A stretch of DNA of 64,000 nucleotides, taken from assembly GCA_037146775.1 (NCBI GenBank), contig JBAWWL010000010.1:12963-76962 (forward strand). The letters are read 5' to 3'. A model generated the notes under the pieces. The model was given only the letters and a program-made list of their open reading frames with translations, did no database searches and was not told the DNA's origin. A program made the position numbers and the translations under genes. The DNA is from Candidatus Omnitrophota bacterium. Lineage in GTDB: Bacteria > Omnitrophota > Gorgyraeia > Duberdicusellales > 4484-171. Below are positions 9,441 through 18,667 of the stretch, in pieces. Every line of letters begins with the position of its first letter. The first letter of the stretch is position 1.

Positions 9441-10070
9441 TTATACTTCTTTTGGTAAGTTACCAATGTAGCGTTTAATAAGTTCCGCAATATGCGAAAA
9501 ACGGCATTGCGCTAACCATTCTTTTTGAAAAACACTTGCCCCAAAGGTTATCGCGCTAGCACCATTGGTGAAATAGGCGCGCATATTTTCGGGAGTAACT
9601 CCGCCGCACGCTAAAAGCTCTATCGAATCAAAAGGGCCTTTTATTTCCTTAAAGTATTCTGGGCCGAAAAATCTTGCCGGGAATACTTTTACCATGGTTG
9701 CGCCCATGCCCCAGGCAGTATATATCTCCTGAGGAGTAAGTGCGCCAGGAAATACCGGTATATTTTGCTTAAGGCAAGACTTTACGAGTTTTTGCGTGCA
9801 TGTGGGCATTACTATGAATGTTGCACCGGCCCTTAGGGCATTATTGAGTTGTTTTACGGTTAATACCGTTCCGGCGCCGATTGTTAATTTGCCGGAAGCG
9901 ATATTTTTGGCTGTTTTAATCAAATGAACGGCGTTGTCGGTATTCATGGTGATTTCGATAGTTTCGAGGCCGCTTGCAATAATAGTTTCGATGAGCGGTG
10001 TGAGAATCTTGAGGTCAACCCCTCTTAGAATCCCCATGATTGGTTTTTTCCTAAAACGCGCAATATCCAT
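9441..10070 (-). CDS. eda: KDPG/KHG aldolase
   Basis: IEITMN, IGAGTVL, PGALTPQEI, VKVFPA, GGV. Confidence 0.9.
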   Translation of the reverse strand: MDIARFRKKPIMGILRGVDLKILTPLIETIIASGLETIEITMNTDNAVHLIKTAKNIASGKLTIGAGTVLTVKQLNNALRAGATFIVMPTCTQKLVKSCLKQNIPVFPGALTPQEIYTAWGMGATMVKVFPARFFGPEYFKEIKGPFDSIELLACGGVTPENMRAYFTNGASAITFGASVFQKEWLAQCRFSHIAELIKRYIGNLPKEV

Positions 10071-10072
10071 GA

Positions 10073-11023
10073 TTAATCTTCGTCGACTCCCGCGAGACTA
10101 TCGTAAAATTCTCGGTAATTTTCCTTTTTGTCGCTGTCGCGCAAGGCTATTGCGGCCCTAGGGTGCTCGTCTAGAATGCCTGTAATTGCGTAGGGAATGA
10201 TGTAGCCCCACTCCATTTTTTCCCGTAACGGAATAAACTCGGTGGATATGACATCGAGAATCGGTCGAATATCGAATTTTGGATTTTTCAGGAAGCCGAG
10301 AATCAGTTCTAAAGGGCAATTGCCGGCAGCTCGGCCCAGGCCATAAATAGTTCCGTCAACGTAATTGGCATTATGTATAATTGCTTCAATGGTATTACCA
10401 AAGGCGAGTTGCTGGTTGTTATGCGCATGGATGCCGATTTCTTTAGTTTTAATAATTTCTTTTGCTTTTTTTATCAAATATTCGGTTGTTTCCTGATAGA
10501 GTGCACCGAAACTATCAACGATATAAATAACGTTTGCTCTACATTCTTTTTCAAGTTGGCATAGACATTCAGTGAGTTCGTTATCCAGTGCGTGCGAAAT
10601 TGCCATAATATTTACAGTAGTTTCGTATCCTAAATCCGCAAAATGATTAACCAGATGTATTCCCTTATCGATATCTTTCACATAAGAGGCCACGCGTACC
10701 ATGGTGACTGGGCTATCTTTGCGGGGTTTAATATCCTCCATGTCAACTCGGTCGACATCAACCATGACAGACAGTTTTGTTTTTGATTCAATTCCTTCCG
10801 TTATTCTTTTGATATCTTCATCGTCGCAAAATTTCCATTTGCCGAATTCCTGAGCCGAAAACAGACGTTTGGAATTCTTGTACCCTATTTCCATGTAGTC
10901 TACGCCCGCATCCGAAAGCGCTTTGTATACGGCGCGCACAAAAGTATCTTCAAAGTCATGATTGTTGATGAGTCCGCCGTCGCGTATGGTGCAGTCCAGC
11001 ACCTTTATCTTTTCTCTAAACAT
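10073..11023 (-). CDS. DRE-TIM aldolase (4-hydroxy-2-oxovalerate aldolase-like catalytic domain)
   Basis: LDCTIRDGG, VDSFG, GIHAHNN, GLGRAAGNCPLE. Confidence 0.85.
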   Translation of the reverse strand: MFREKIKVLDCTIRDGGLINNHDFEDTFVRAVYKALSDAGVDYMEIGYKNSKRLFSAQEFGKWKFCDDEDIKRITEGIESKTKLSVMVDVDRVDMEDIKPRKDSPVTMVRVASYVKDIDKGIHLVNHFADLGYETTVNIMAISHALDNELTECLCQLEKECRANVIYIVDSFGALYQETTEYLIKKAKEIIKTKEIGIHAHNNQQLAFGNTIEAIIHNANYVDGTIYGLGRAAGNCPLELILGFLKNPKFDIRPILDVISTEFIPLREKMEWGYIIPYAITGILDEHPRAAIALRDSDKKENYREFYDSLAGVDED

Positions 11024-11125
11024 TACTCCTCCTTATTATATAGGTCTGATTAGTATAAATAATCTTCTATTATCATGTGCGCATTGAAACTGTTTGGTTG
11101 CTGCATGTAAACGGATAGGGAAGTT

Positions 11126-11878
11126 TTATTTGTATTTATTTAAGACGTCTAACAATTTTTTAGCACATGCTGGCATGGCTACTTTTTTTTCGATTAGTAT
11201 TTCTTTTGCGGACAAGTTTTTTGCATAGAGCGTTTTATTGGCATCCCAGTGTTGTGTGATAACATCCCCTCCTAATTTTATTCCTGCAAACAGTCCGCGG
11301 CTTCTCGAATAGGAAAGGATTCCCCCTTTAAGCTCAACATCAGTGGCGGCTTCCGCATTTCTCCCTACCGGACCGGCAGATACCGCTGCGTCTGCGCCCA
11401 GCTTAAATTTACCTTGCAGAATGCCGTCGACACTTCTTTGATTCATTACCAACAGAACAAAATCGGTCGCCTGTCCTCCTATCTGCCAGCCGATACTGCC
11501 GCCTGCGAGAGTAAAAAATGCCGGGCTTGACCATTGTTTGGTTTTTTCGCTGCGTACCATAAGAATTCCCTGGCCATATTTACCGCCGATACCAAAACCG
11601 GCAGAAACAGTTGAGGGAAATATGGCGATAGCCGAGCATTTTTTGAGTAAATCAGCCGGGATGCTTTGATCGGGCATTTGTTGTATTTCTGCTAATATTT
11701 TACCCGCTTCCTCTACGAGCGCTGTCCATTTATCTTCAGCATAGGTTGCTGTTGGTGTGACCGCAAAAACACATAATAAAGAAAGCAAAAATATGCCCGT
11801 TATTCGTTTTCGTGCGGAGTTTACTTTCGTATTTTGCGGATAACGAATGGCTGCTTTTTGTAAAATATTAGTACGCAT
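11126..11878 (-). CDS. Lipid-binding SYLF (Ysc84) domain protein, secreted
   Basis: GFGIGGKYGQG, GGSIGWQIGGQATD, SYSRSRGLFAG. Confidence 0.9.
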   Translation of the reverse strand: MRTNILQKAAIRYPQNTKVNSARKRITGIFLLSLLCVFAVTPTATYAEDKWTALVEEAGKILAEIQQMPDQSIPADLLKKCSAIAIFPSTVSAGFGIGGKYGQGILMVRSEKTKQWSSPAFFTLAGGSIGWQIGGQATDFVLLVMNQRSVDGILQGKFKLGADAAVSAGPVGRNAEAATDVELKGGILSYSRSRGLFAGIKLGGDVITQHWDANKTLYAKNLSAKEILIEKKVAMPACAKKLLDVLNKYK

Positions 11879-11879
11879 C

Positions 11880-13394
11880 TTATTTTATTTTTCGTGCAGA
11901 CGGTAATACTGCCTGGGTAATTTTAGGCAACGTTCCGAATAAGTTTTTGTATGCTTCGTTATATGCGTCTTTACCTGCGGCGAGCGCAAAAGTATAAGGC
12001 ATTACTGTTTTTGCTTGCAGGCTCATTGCTTTACTGACGGCGCGAATATCCCATTGTGCATGGCTGTCTTCGCGTAAGCGAGAAATATGATATAACTCTC
12101 TTGCGTTTATTCTCATTAACACACGGCGCCGGTGTGCATTGGTAAGTATATAGGCGGCCGTCTGGGGTATTTTTTTTCTAATGGCGTCATACGTGCGGTT
12201 AGTTTTTTTGATAATTTCTTTAAAATATTTTTCCATGCCCACTTCCTTGATTGATAAAGGAATTGTTACACCGAGTTGTGGTTCGTAGCTTTGGGCGGTA
12301 ATGGTAGACATGCGATGCCGTTTGAGTTGTCCGAAACAGGCGGCGGAAAGTATTATTTCAAACGTAAGATGTGCGTATTCAAATTCACGCAGCATGGAAT
12401 CGTAGAATTGCATATGTTTGCATGCGGCCTTAAATAGAGTTTGTAGTTTTTTTGGGCTCATTTTTTTTATGATACGTTTGCACTCAAGATATGATAAGTT
12501 GGTTACACTGTGTAATAAGCTCGCTGCAACACGTATATCGCCGTCTTTGCTGTATTCGACCAACGAAACCTCTTTTGCCTCGTGGTATAGCGGTTTATGT
12601 ACGCAGGTAGTTTGGGTGGATTTTATCGTGGCACGCAGCTCCGGATAGGTATAGCGGTCCCGGTCATTCGCTTCATAAAAAAGAACAATCGATGGCGCAA
12701 TTTCCGCTATTTGTGCGTGTATTGTTTTACCGAGGTCCCTTACTTCGGCTAGTTCGCTGGAAGCAAACCGGCGTAACATCAATTCAAGATTGCGGGCGTT
12801 GATGGTGAGCCCGACCTGCGATTGTGTTGCAAGGGATGTTATATAGCGTGCGTCTTCTTTTGCCCATCCTTCCAGGAGACTGTGATTTTTAGGGTCAGCA
12901 GCCAACGCACTATTTTTCTTAAAAACATATTCTTTGAGGCTGTCGAATAGCCGCGTGTATGCCTCATTTTGTTCATGAATGAGCGCGGTAAATTGCTTTT
13001 CTGTCGGTGTATTTTTAATTTCCTGGGGAATGACAAAATCCCGGTCTAGTGTTACATAACGTTGAGATTTCTCGGTATATGAGCAAAGCCTAAATTTTTC
13101 TACCTCTTCCATTGCCAGCCGCGAAATTTCCAGGATATCAAGGTTGAAGATTGCGTGTTCGGCAACGGAGTGGTGCCCCATTTTAAAAATAATGCTAGAA
13201 TTAGATTTTCGAGCGCGGTTAACTTCCGATCGTGCGTCTTTTCTTATCTCGTTGATTGGCCGAGGATCCCTGGAAATACGGGCGTAAGCCGCCGAAAGGA
13301 CTTCCGGAGTGACATCATCGCGATGGCCTCCTTTTTCTTGTAATTCCTGCAAAACAGAACTGTCAACATTGTAACCAGCTAAATAAACTTTCAT
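11880..13394 (-). CDS. thyX: FAD-dependent thymidylate synthase, tandem-domain form
   Basis: GHHSVAEH, SYTEKSQRY, INARNLE; second half QLKRHR, INARELYH, HAQWDIR. Confidence 0.88.
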   Translation of the reverse strand: MKVYLAGYNVDSSVLQELQEKGGHRDDVTPEVLSAAYARISRDPRPINEIRKDARSEVNRARKSNSSIIFKMGHHSVAEHAIFNLDILEISRLAMEEVEKFRLCSYTEKSQRYVTLDRDFVIPQEIKNTPTEKQFTALIHEQNEAYTRLFDSLKEYVFKKNSALAADPKNHSLLEGWAKEDARYITSLATQSQVGLTINARNLELMLRRFASSELAEVRDLGKTIHAQIAEIAPSIVLFYEANDRDRYTYPELRATIKSTQTTCVHKPLYHEAKEVSLVEYSKDGDIRVAASLLHSVTNLSYLECKRIIKKMSPKKLQTLFKAACKHMQFYDSMLREFEYAHLTFEIILSAACFGQLKRHRMSTITAQSYEPQLGVTIPLSIKEVGMEKYFKEIIKKTNRTYDAIRKKIPQTAAYILTNAHRRRVLMRINARELYHISRLREDSHAQWDIRAVSKAMSLQAKTVMPYTFALAAGKDAYNEAYKNLFGTLPKITQAVLPSARKIK

Positions 13395-13406
13395 AATTGT
13401 ATTGAA

Positions 13407-13667
13407 TTAGTGTTTATGTGTAATACGATAAAGGCTAAATGCGACGAGCGCATAGGCAAAAAGGCGGATAGTAATTATTGTTTCTTGCAATAATGTTTCG
13501 AGCCCTTGGATCGCGAGAATATGTGCTATTGCAAATATGCCAAATGCTGTCGCGATAAGTGCGGCTAATTCATTTTTATCTTTTTTATAGCCGCTATAGC
13601 CAAGTATAAGGATGGTAAGACATAATATTAAATTAATGATATTGATCGGATCAACTGCAAGTGACAT
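13407..13667 (-). CDS. Small 3-TM membrane protein
   Basis: Hydrophobic ORF with AGGAGG RBS. Confidence 0.7.
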   Translation of the reverse strand: MSLAVDPINIINLILCLTILILGYSGYKKDKNELAALIATAFGIFAIAHILAIQGLETLLQETIITIRLFAYALVAFSLYRITHKH

Positions 13668-13844
13668 TTTTCCTCCTTTGATTGTGTATGTGTGTCATAT
13701 TATATGCATAACAAAACGAAAATATTATAACTCCTTTTCGGTTGATAAGCAAAATAAAATATTCGGTTCACAAAAAATAAGGTATATTTTTTGTGCGCGT
13801 TTATAGTTATTGAGAGTGTACATATTTGGCATGTTGCAAATAGT

Positions 13845-14267
13845 TTAGTGTTGTATAAAGTCTTGGTAGATCCCTACCAGGAGCGCGGTGATAGAAGTGA
13901 AAAAAATCAAAAAATAGTTAATGGTATCTTTACGGGAACGCAACGAGCATAATATTTCAGCTAAGAGATTATTTTCATCCCGGGAAAGTGTCTGGTGGGT
14001 AGCTATTTTTTCCGCGAGACCGGTATGAGTTAAGATATGTTTTAGGCGTATATCTTGACGGAACCGATAAAGGAAATAAATGAAGAATCCAGCTATGCCG
14101 ATATACCATAAAATTTTTGCGAAAAAAGGATGTGTTTTTAGGGTTATATTGACTAAACGTATCGATATAATAGCGATGATTCCAACGAAGAAGAATATCC
14201 ATGAGGTGGTTGTTTCGCGACATTGAATGTGTCTCGAGCAGTTCAAACATTTTGTATTTTTATCCAA
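13845..14267 (-). CDS. Hypothetical membrane protein
   Basis: TTG start with GAAGGGGG RBS; 3 TM segments, N-terminal CxxC. Confidence 0.7.
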   Translation of the reverse strand: MDKNTKCLNCSRHIQCRETTTSWIFFFVGIIAIISIRLVNITLKTHPFFAKILWYIGIAGFFIYFLYRFRQDIRLKHILTHTGLAEKIATHQTLSRDENNLLAEILCSLRSRKDTINYFLIFFTSITALLVGIYQDFIQH

Positions 14268-14437
14268 TTTTACCCCCTTCTTGGTGTGGCGTATTACATA
14301 ATTCGAAATAGTACGTATTTTACAGCGTAATAGCTTTTTTTCAATAATTTAGGTATAAGGTCATAAACAATAGCTCAATGTTTTTAAGGATAAATAGCAT
14401 AAAATATACGATCTTCTAATATTATCAATGGTTTTAG

Positions 14438-14466
14438 TTGTTTTTTGCAGAAAAATATGTTACTCT
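14438..14466 (+). promoter_or_regulatory. Putative sigma70 promoter for riboswitch leader
   Basis: TTGTTT-17 nt-TACTCT with TG extension. Confidence 0.45.
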
Positions 14467-14482
14467 TAAATTGATGACAATC

Positions 14483-14574
14483 TGGTTTCTGATAAAGGTA
14501 AACCAAGGGTAACCTTGGGGCGCAAAGCTACCTATCCCGATATAACCGGGAAAGAGGGGTTACCAGAAAAACCA
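14483..14574 (+). ncRNA. c-di-GMP-I (GEMM) riboswitch
   Basis: AAAGGTAAACC-AAGG-GTAA-CCTT-GGGGCGCAAAGC...GGGGTTACC closely follows the Vc2 consensus (GGCAAACC...GRAA...GGGACGCAAAGC...GGGGUUACC); P1 tttctg/cagaaa; G at the G20-equivalent position indicates c-di-GMP rather than cGAMP. Confidence 0.85.
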
Positions 14575-14581
14575 TGTTTTT

Positions 14582-14609
14582 CCTAAGTTTTTCTGACTTA
14601 GGTTTTTTT
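14582..14609 (+). terminator. Intrinsic terminator 1 of riboswitch expression platform
   Basis: cctaagt-ttttctg-acttagg followed by T7; the loop is complementary to the P1 3' strand cagaaaa. Confidence 0.7.
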
Positions 14610-14613
14610 ATTT

Positions 14614-14656
14614 AAGCCCTCAAGGCGCGCGATGTGTGTCTTTGAGGGTTTTTTTT
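14614..14656 (+). terminator. Second hairpin plus T-run upstream of RBS
   Basis: aagccctcaaggcgcgc-gat-gtgtgtctttgagggttt followed by T-run; gccctc can alternatively pair with RBS-containing gagggc. Confidence 0.65.
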
Positions 14657-14669
14657 GGAGGGCTAAATA

Positions 14670-14927
14670 ATGAAAAAAGAAATAGCGTTTGCAGTAATCT
14701 TGGTAAGTATTCCTTTCCTTGCGTTTGCCGGTAGCACAGCTAACGTAAGAATATCGTGTGTTATCCCGGAACGAATTGAACTAAAAAGAACAGCCGTATC
14801 TGGGCCAACGGAATCGAATAATCAAACTGAAACAAAAAATAACAACGACAGCGAATATACCCACGCCAACAGCGAAATCCTGCGCGAGGGTAACCGGATT
14901 ATCATTGAAACTGTAGTGGTAAAATAA
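14670..14927 (+). CDS. Small secreted protein resembling a pilin N-terminal donor strand
   Basis: GGAGG RBS, signal peptide ending AFA; mature GSTANVRISCVIPERIEL resembles the neighbouring pilin N-terminus. Confidence 0.8.
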   Translation: MKKEIAFAVILVSIPFLAFAGSTANVRISCVIPERIELKRTAVSGPTESNNQTETKNNNDSEYTHANSEILREGNRIIIETVVVK

Positions 14928-14959
14928 TTATTAAAACTACAGTGCAAGGTTAGGGGTGG

Positions 14960-17830
14960 TTACTTTTTTTTAAGTGGTACAGAAAAATTGTGCGTAAATC
15001 CTTCCGAAACTTCTATCTCACTTTTTACCGCCACCGTAGGCAAATATTCTAAGGGCAATGAGTTTACGTCTAGGATTACACTATGTTTCCCCGGCTTAAT
15101 ATTCGCAAAAAAATAGGCCCCCTTATCGTTGGTGAGAGTTGTCTTTTTGCCGTCGAGAATCAATTTTGCTTTTGCAATAGGAGTGTCTTGGGTGTCTAAT
15201 TTCCCGTTGCCGTTTTCATCGTAAAAAATAACACCAGCGATCCCTGATGTTGAAGAGATTCCAAAAGCTATTTTTTGAGATGCTGATGACCGCGAGCTTA
15301 CTTGGAATGATGAAGGTGTGGTAATTATATAGCCGCGAGGAATACTAGTCATGTCTATCATGGCGTATACGCTTTCGGCACGTAAGGAAATAGAAAATTT
15401 CCCTTCTTTATCTGTGACGGTCTCGGTAGGTCCGGCAATTATTTTTATTCCCCCCACCCCCTCTTCAGCACCACTCCTGATACCGTCAGCATTACTATCC
15501 TTAAAGACTATACCTCGGATACGTAATGACGGTGTCCAGCGAAAAAAACTATCCCAGGCTAACCTAACTCCCAGGCGTGCTTCTGCTTCAATGAATTTAG
15601 CTACATCAGGATTTTCTGCCCAAACATTGCGTACCCTACCATCAAAAAAATATTGAATATCAGGTTTAGGTGAATAAGTAACATTAACAGTCCCCTCTAG
15701 ACTGTCTTCCCCGGAAAGAAATGAATGAATGGTGGTGGCGTTTTGTTCATCGCGATAGTAAGCGCGTATGGTAGTAGCCCAAGAAGGGCGGAATGCATGG
15801 TAGAAATCAACACCGCTTTCCATTACCGATGGCGTTGAACGCGTGTTGGAAGCAATTTCGTCTACCCAAGAATAAGTAATATTTGAATAAAGATAAATAT
15901 CGCGTAATAACTCTAGCCTCGCTCCACTTAAAATACTGTTACGTAGATAGTCTGAGCTTGCCGAGAGCGGATTAACGCTACTTTGATAGTTATATCCAAT
16001 ATTCGTATAGAGCGCATGGGTACGAAAAAGCGGTATATCAAAGCGTTTATTATAATTGGTTTGTGCATTTAAATTACGCTGCGGAAAAGACAACCCTGGA
16101 GAATTGGTATAGTAAAGACTTGCGGACAGATTCGATGTCGGATCAAAAGTGATATGTGCAAAATTATCCCACTCGACGTTAAGCGCGTCCGGGTTATCTT
16201 CTTTAAGGAGCAATTTATTACGATAGACGTCTATGGCAGTATTGAAGGAAATCTTATCTGTAGGCTGCCAATCAATACCAGCCAATGTTCCTATTTCTCC
16301 GCTGGCAGAAGGCCTTGAACTTATGGTCATAAAATCTTTTTCAATATTGCGAAAAGCGCAGTGTAGAATTGCGCGAGGTAATTTCCATTTATACATAACA
16401 TTAGCGGCAGTTTTTTTCTCGTCAGATGCGATTTCTGAAGCAAGCGTGGCGTTGGGGAAAATATGATTGCTCTGAAAAGAGAAAACCTTACTTCTTAAAA
16501 AATTCTTCCTATCTTGGCCATAACCGTGCGCATAATTAAGGTAAAAATTATTTTTTTTATAGGGGAAAAATCCTAATCTTAATCCTTCTATGTACGAATC
16601 TTGTTTTAGTCCGAGTACTGGGGAGAGAACACTTTGATAATAGGTACTTTCCCGGCCATAGATAACGTTGTATTGCAAATTTTTATTAAACATCGGCGCT
16701 TCTACCGAGAAACCGCGTAAGGTAACTCCTGGGACCGACAGTGAAGAGAACGGTTTAGTAAAATCAAAGCCACGTAATTTCAAGTTTTCAAATCCTAAAA
16801 AATGCCCGTCGGTTAATCCGGTGGTATAACTTGTTACTTTTTGATCTTGGTTTTGTTTTGACCATGAAAGGGAGGCATCGAATTCGCCATAGGGGGTAGG
16901 GCCAATCATGCCTGCCCATTGGTCAAAGGTTAAGCTCTGGCGTTTCATCGTGCCTAAGCGTCTTCCCCGGTAATATTGCCCCCAGTCTGAACGGTACATG
17001 AATTTAAATCCTTTCCCTTTTTCCCAGGTATTTTGTTTTTCATCAAAAAATCCAGACGGGACTACTTTTATTTGCAGTGTCCACCTAGCGTTACTATCCC
17101 AGATATGTAGAAAGGTTGACCCAACTTTTACGGCAACGATCTTTACGGAATTAGCGTTGATACGTTCGATTAGAATAATTTCCGGATTAATAGCTAAAAA
17201 ACGGGCTATACCAGAGCCTTTTACAATAAAAAATTCATCTAGAGAAAGTTGTGCGGTAAGAGGAAATTTATCTTTTGCATCAATGCTAAGTTCAATTGCC
17301 CCCTTTTCCTTTAATTCATTTTCTGTTTTTTTCCCCTGATATACCGGTGCCTGATTTATTTTTGTTTTAGATTGTTGTGTTTGCTGAATATCTTTGTTAT
17401 TTTCAATGATTATTGGTTGATTGTCTGCGGTAAGAGTCAACTTTTCTGGTTCTTTTTCGTACTGTTTGCCAGGTTCTGTCGGTATTTTCTTTCTGGGAGG
17501 GGCGAGCTTTTTTAGTGGTTGTGCTTGCGTTTTTTTCTGTAACTTTTCTACTACGGTTTTTTGCTGCTTTTTTGTAGCCGGGGTTTCTTCTATGACGCGA
17601 CCATCGATGGTTCGCTTTATAAGGTTAATATAAGAACGCGGTTCTTGAGCGCTTGGTTCGACTATTTCTGCAAGATGAAAATAATGAAGCGCGTTTCGGT
17701 AGTCCCCTTCATTTAATTCTTCTTTGCCGATTTCAAGCAGATATTCATATGAAGAAGATTCAGCATAAGCGGGTAGGGTAAGTAAACAAGAGCACAGCAG
17801 CAGTATATATAAAACAGCGATGATTTTCAT
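14960..17830 (-). CDS. Usher-like outer-membrane protein: signal, TPR, pilus-formation N-terminal (CpaC/RcpA-N-like) domain, beta-barrel, two SdrB-like repeats
   Basis: TPR EIGKEELNEGDYRNALHYF; NPEIILIER...VKIVAVKVGSTFLHIWD; amphipathic strands; GIVFKDSNADG and GVIFYDENGNG; PGKHSVILDVNSLP. Confidence 0.72.
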   Translation of the reverse strand: MKIIAVLYILLLCSCLLTLPAYAESSSYEYLLEIGKEELNEGDYRNALHYFHLAEIVEPSAQEPRSYINLIKRTIDGRVIEETPATKKQQKTVVEKLQKKTQAQPLKKLAPPRKKIPTEPGKQYEKEPEKLTLTADNQPIIIENNKDIQQTQQSKTKINQAPVYQGKKTENELKEKGAIELSIDAKDKFPLTAQLSLDEFFIVKGSGIARFLAINPEIILIERINANSVKIVAVKVGSTFLHIWDSNARWTLQIKVVPSGFFDEKQNTWEKGKGFKFMYRSDWGQYYRGRRLGTMKRQSLTFDQWAGMIGPTPYGEFDASLSWSKQNQDQKVTSYTTGLTDGHFLGFENLKLRGFDFTKPFSSLSVPGVTLRGFSVEAPMFNKNLQYNVIYGRESTYYQSVLSPVLGLKQDSYIEGLRLGFFPYKKNNFYLNYAHGYGQDRKNFLRSKVFSFQSNHIFPNATLASEIASDEKKTAANVMYKWKLPRAILHCAFRNIEKDFMTISSRPSASGEIGTLAGIDWQPTDKISFNTAIDVYRNKLLLKEDNPDALNVEWDNFAHITFDPTSNLSASLYYTNSPGLSFPQRNLNAQTNYNKRFDIPLFRTHALYTNIGYNYQSSVNPLSASSDYLRNSILSGARLELLRDIYLYSNITYSWVDEIASNTRSTPSVMESGVDFYHAFRPSWATTIRAYYRDEQNATTIHSFLSGEDSLEGTVNVTYSPKPDIQYFFDGRVRNVWAENPDVAKFIEAEARLGVRLAWDSFFRWTPSLRIRGIVFKDSNADGIRSGAEEGVGGIKIIAGPTETVTDKEGKFSISLRAESVYAMIDMTSIPRGYIITTPSSFQVSSRSSASQKIAFGISSTSGIAGVIFYDENGNGKLDTQDTPIAKAKLILDGKKTTLTNDKGAYFFANIKPGKHSVILDVNSLPLEYLPTVAVKSEIEVSEGFTHNFSVPLKKK

Positions 17831-18636
17831 TAATCACGTACGTTGGAAATTAGTACTTCTCCTTGTGGCGAAAAGGAAACATCAATTTCTTTAACTAATA
17901 CGTCACCTCCTTCTAGGTCAAAATTAAAAAAGAGCGTGTAATCGCCAGGCGAGATATCTTTTGGTAAGGAGATTTTAATTTCTGTCTTATTCCCTGGCAG
18001 AGTGTAAAGCTCAGGCGTTGTCCCTCTATCAGCTACTATACCCTTTGCATCCATAATATAGTAAGAACCTTTAGCGTAAAGGAAAGTTTCGCCGCCGTTA
18101 GTGAAGCTTCCAGTGAATGAGCGGCCTTTAGCCGCTAAAGCGTCAAAAACAGCTTTCTTTTTACCCGGTTTTGGTTCAATAATTATTAATGAACCTACTC
18201 GGCCTAAAATCATAACAGTTTTACCCTCCTGGTCAAACCCCTTCCCGATAGTAGTTTCGAAGAAAAGAACGCCGCAATGTACTTTCGTAAAGCTTGCGTT
18301 TGGTTTTAGATTGAGTTTAATTTCTTTACGTTCACGGGCAGCTAGATTTATTTCTTGCGGTGCGAAGCTAATCCATGAAGCAAGAGAAGTGTCGGTTGTA
18401 CCAGGAGAGTAAAACTCTTTTGTTCCGTCGAAAGGAGAAACATATACGAAATCTTCCAGATATATGCGCACGGCAACCGGAGTATCAAGCGTATTTTCTA
18501 CATTGATGGTATCGCTATAGGTATCAGTTACGGCAAGATAAGTGTGTATTTTGGGGTTATCAATTCTCAGTGCAAAAGCTGATACCGGTAGCATTGTAAT
18601 AATAGCGCATAACGTAATAAACCTGAAAAATAGCAT
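17830..18636 (-). CDS. Periplasmic pilus chaperone-like protein (PapD/DUF916-like, two Ig domains)
   Basis: Signal; SLASWISFAPQEINLAARERKEI, VLFFE, RVGSLI, FTNGGET, LPKDISPGDY. Confidence 0.75.
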   Translation of the reverse strand: MLFFRFITLCAIITMLPVSAFALRIDNPKIHTYLAVTDTYSDTINVENTLDTPVAVRIYLEDFVYVSPFDGTKEFYSPGTTDTSLASWISFAPQEINLAARERKEIKLNLKPNASFTKVHCGVLFFETTIGKGFDQEGKTVMILGRVGSLIIIEPKPGKKKAVFDALAAKGRSFTGSFTNGGETFLYAKGSYYIMDAKGIVADRGTTPELYTLPGNKTEIKISLPKDISPGDYTLFFNFDLEGGDVLVKEIDVSFSPQGEVLISNVRD

Positions 18637-18667
18637 TATTTCTCCGTTTTTCCTCTTGGCATAAAAA

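Noticed and set aside
14483-14574. cGAMP-sensing (GEMM-Ib) riboswitch paired with a Hypr GGDEF
   Set aside because: The riboswitch has G at the position-20 equivalent, and the cyclase keeps Asp rather than Ser at the specificity site
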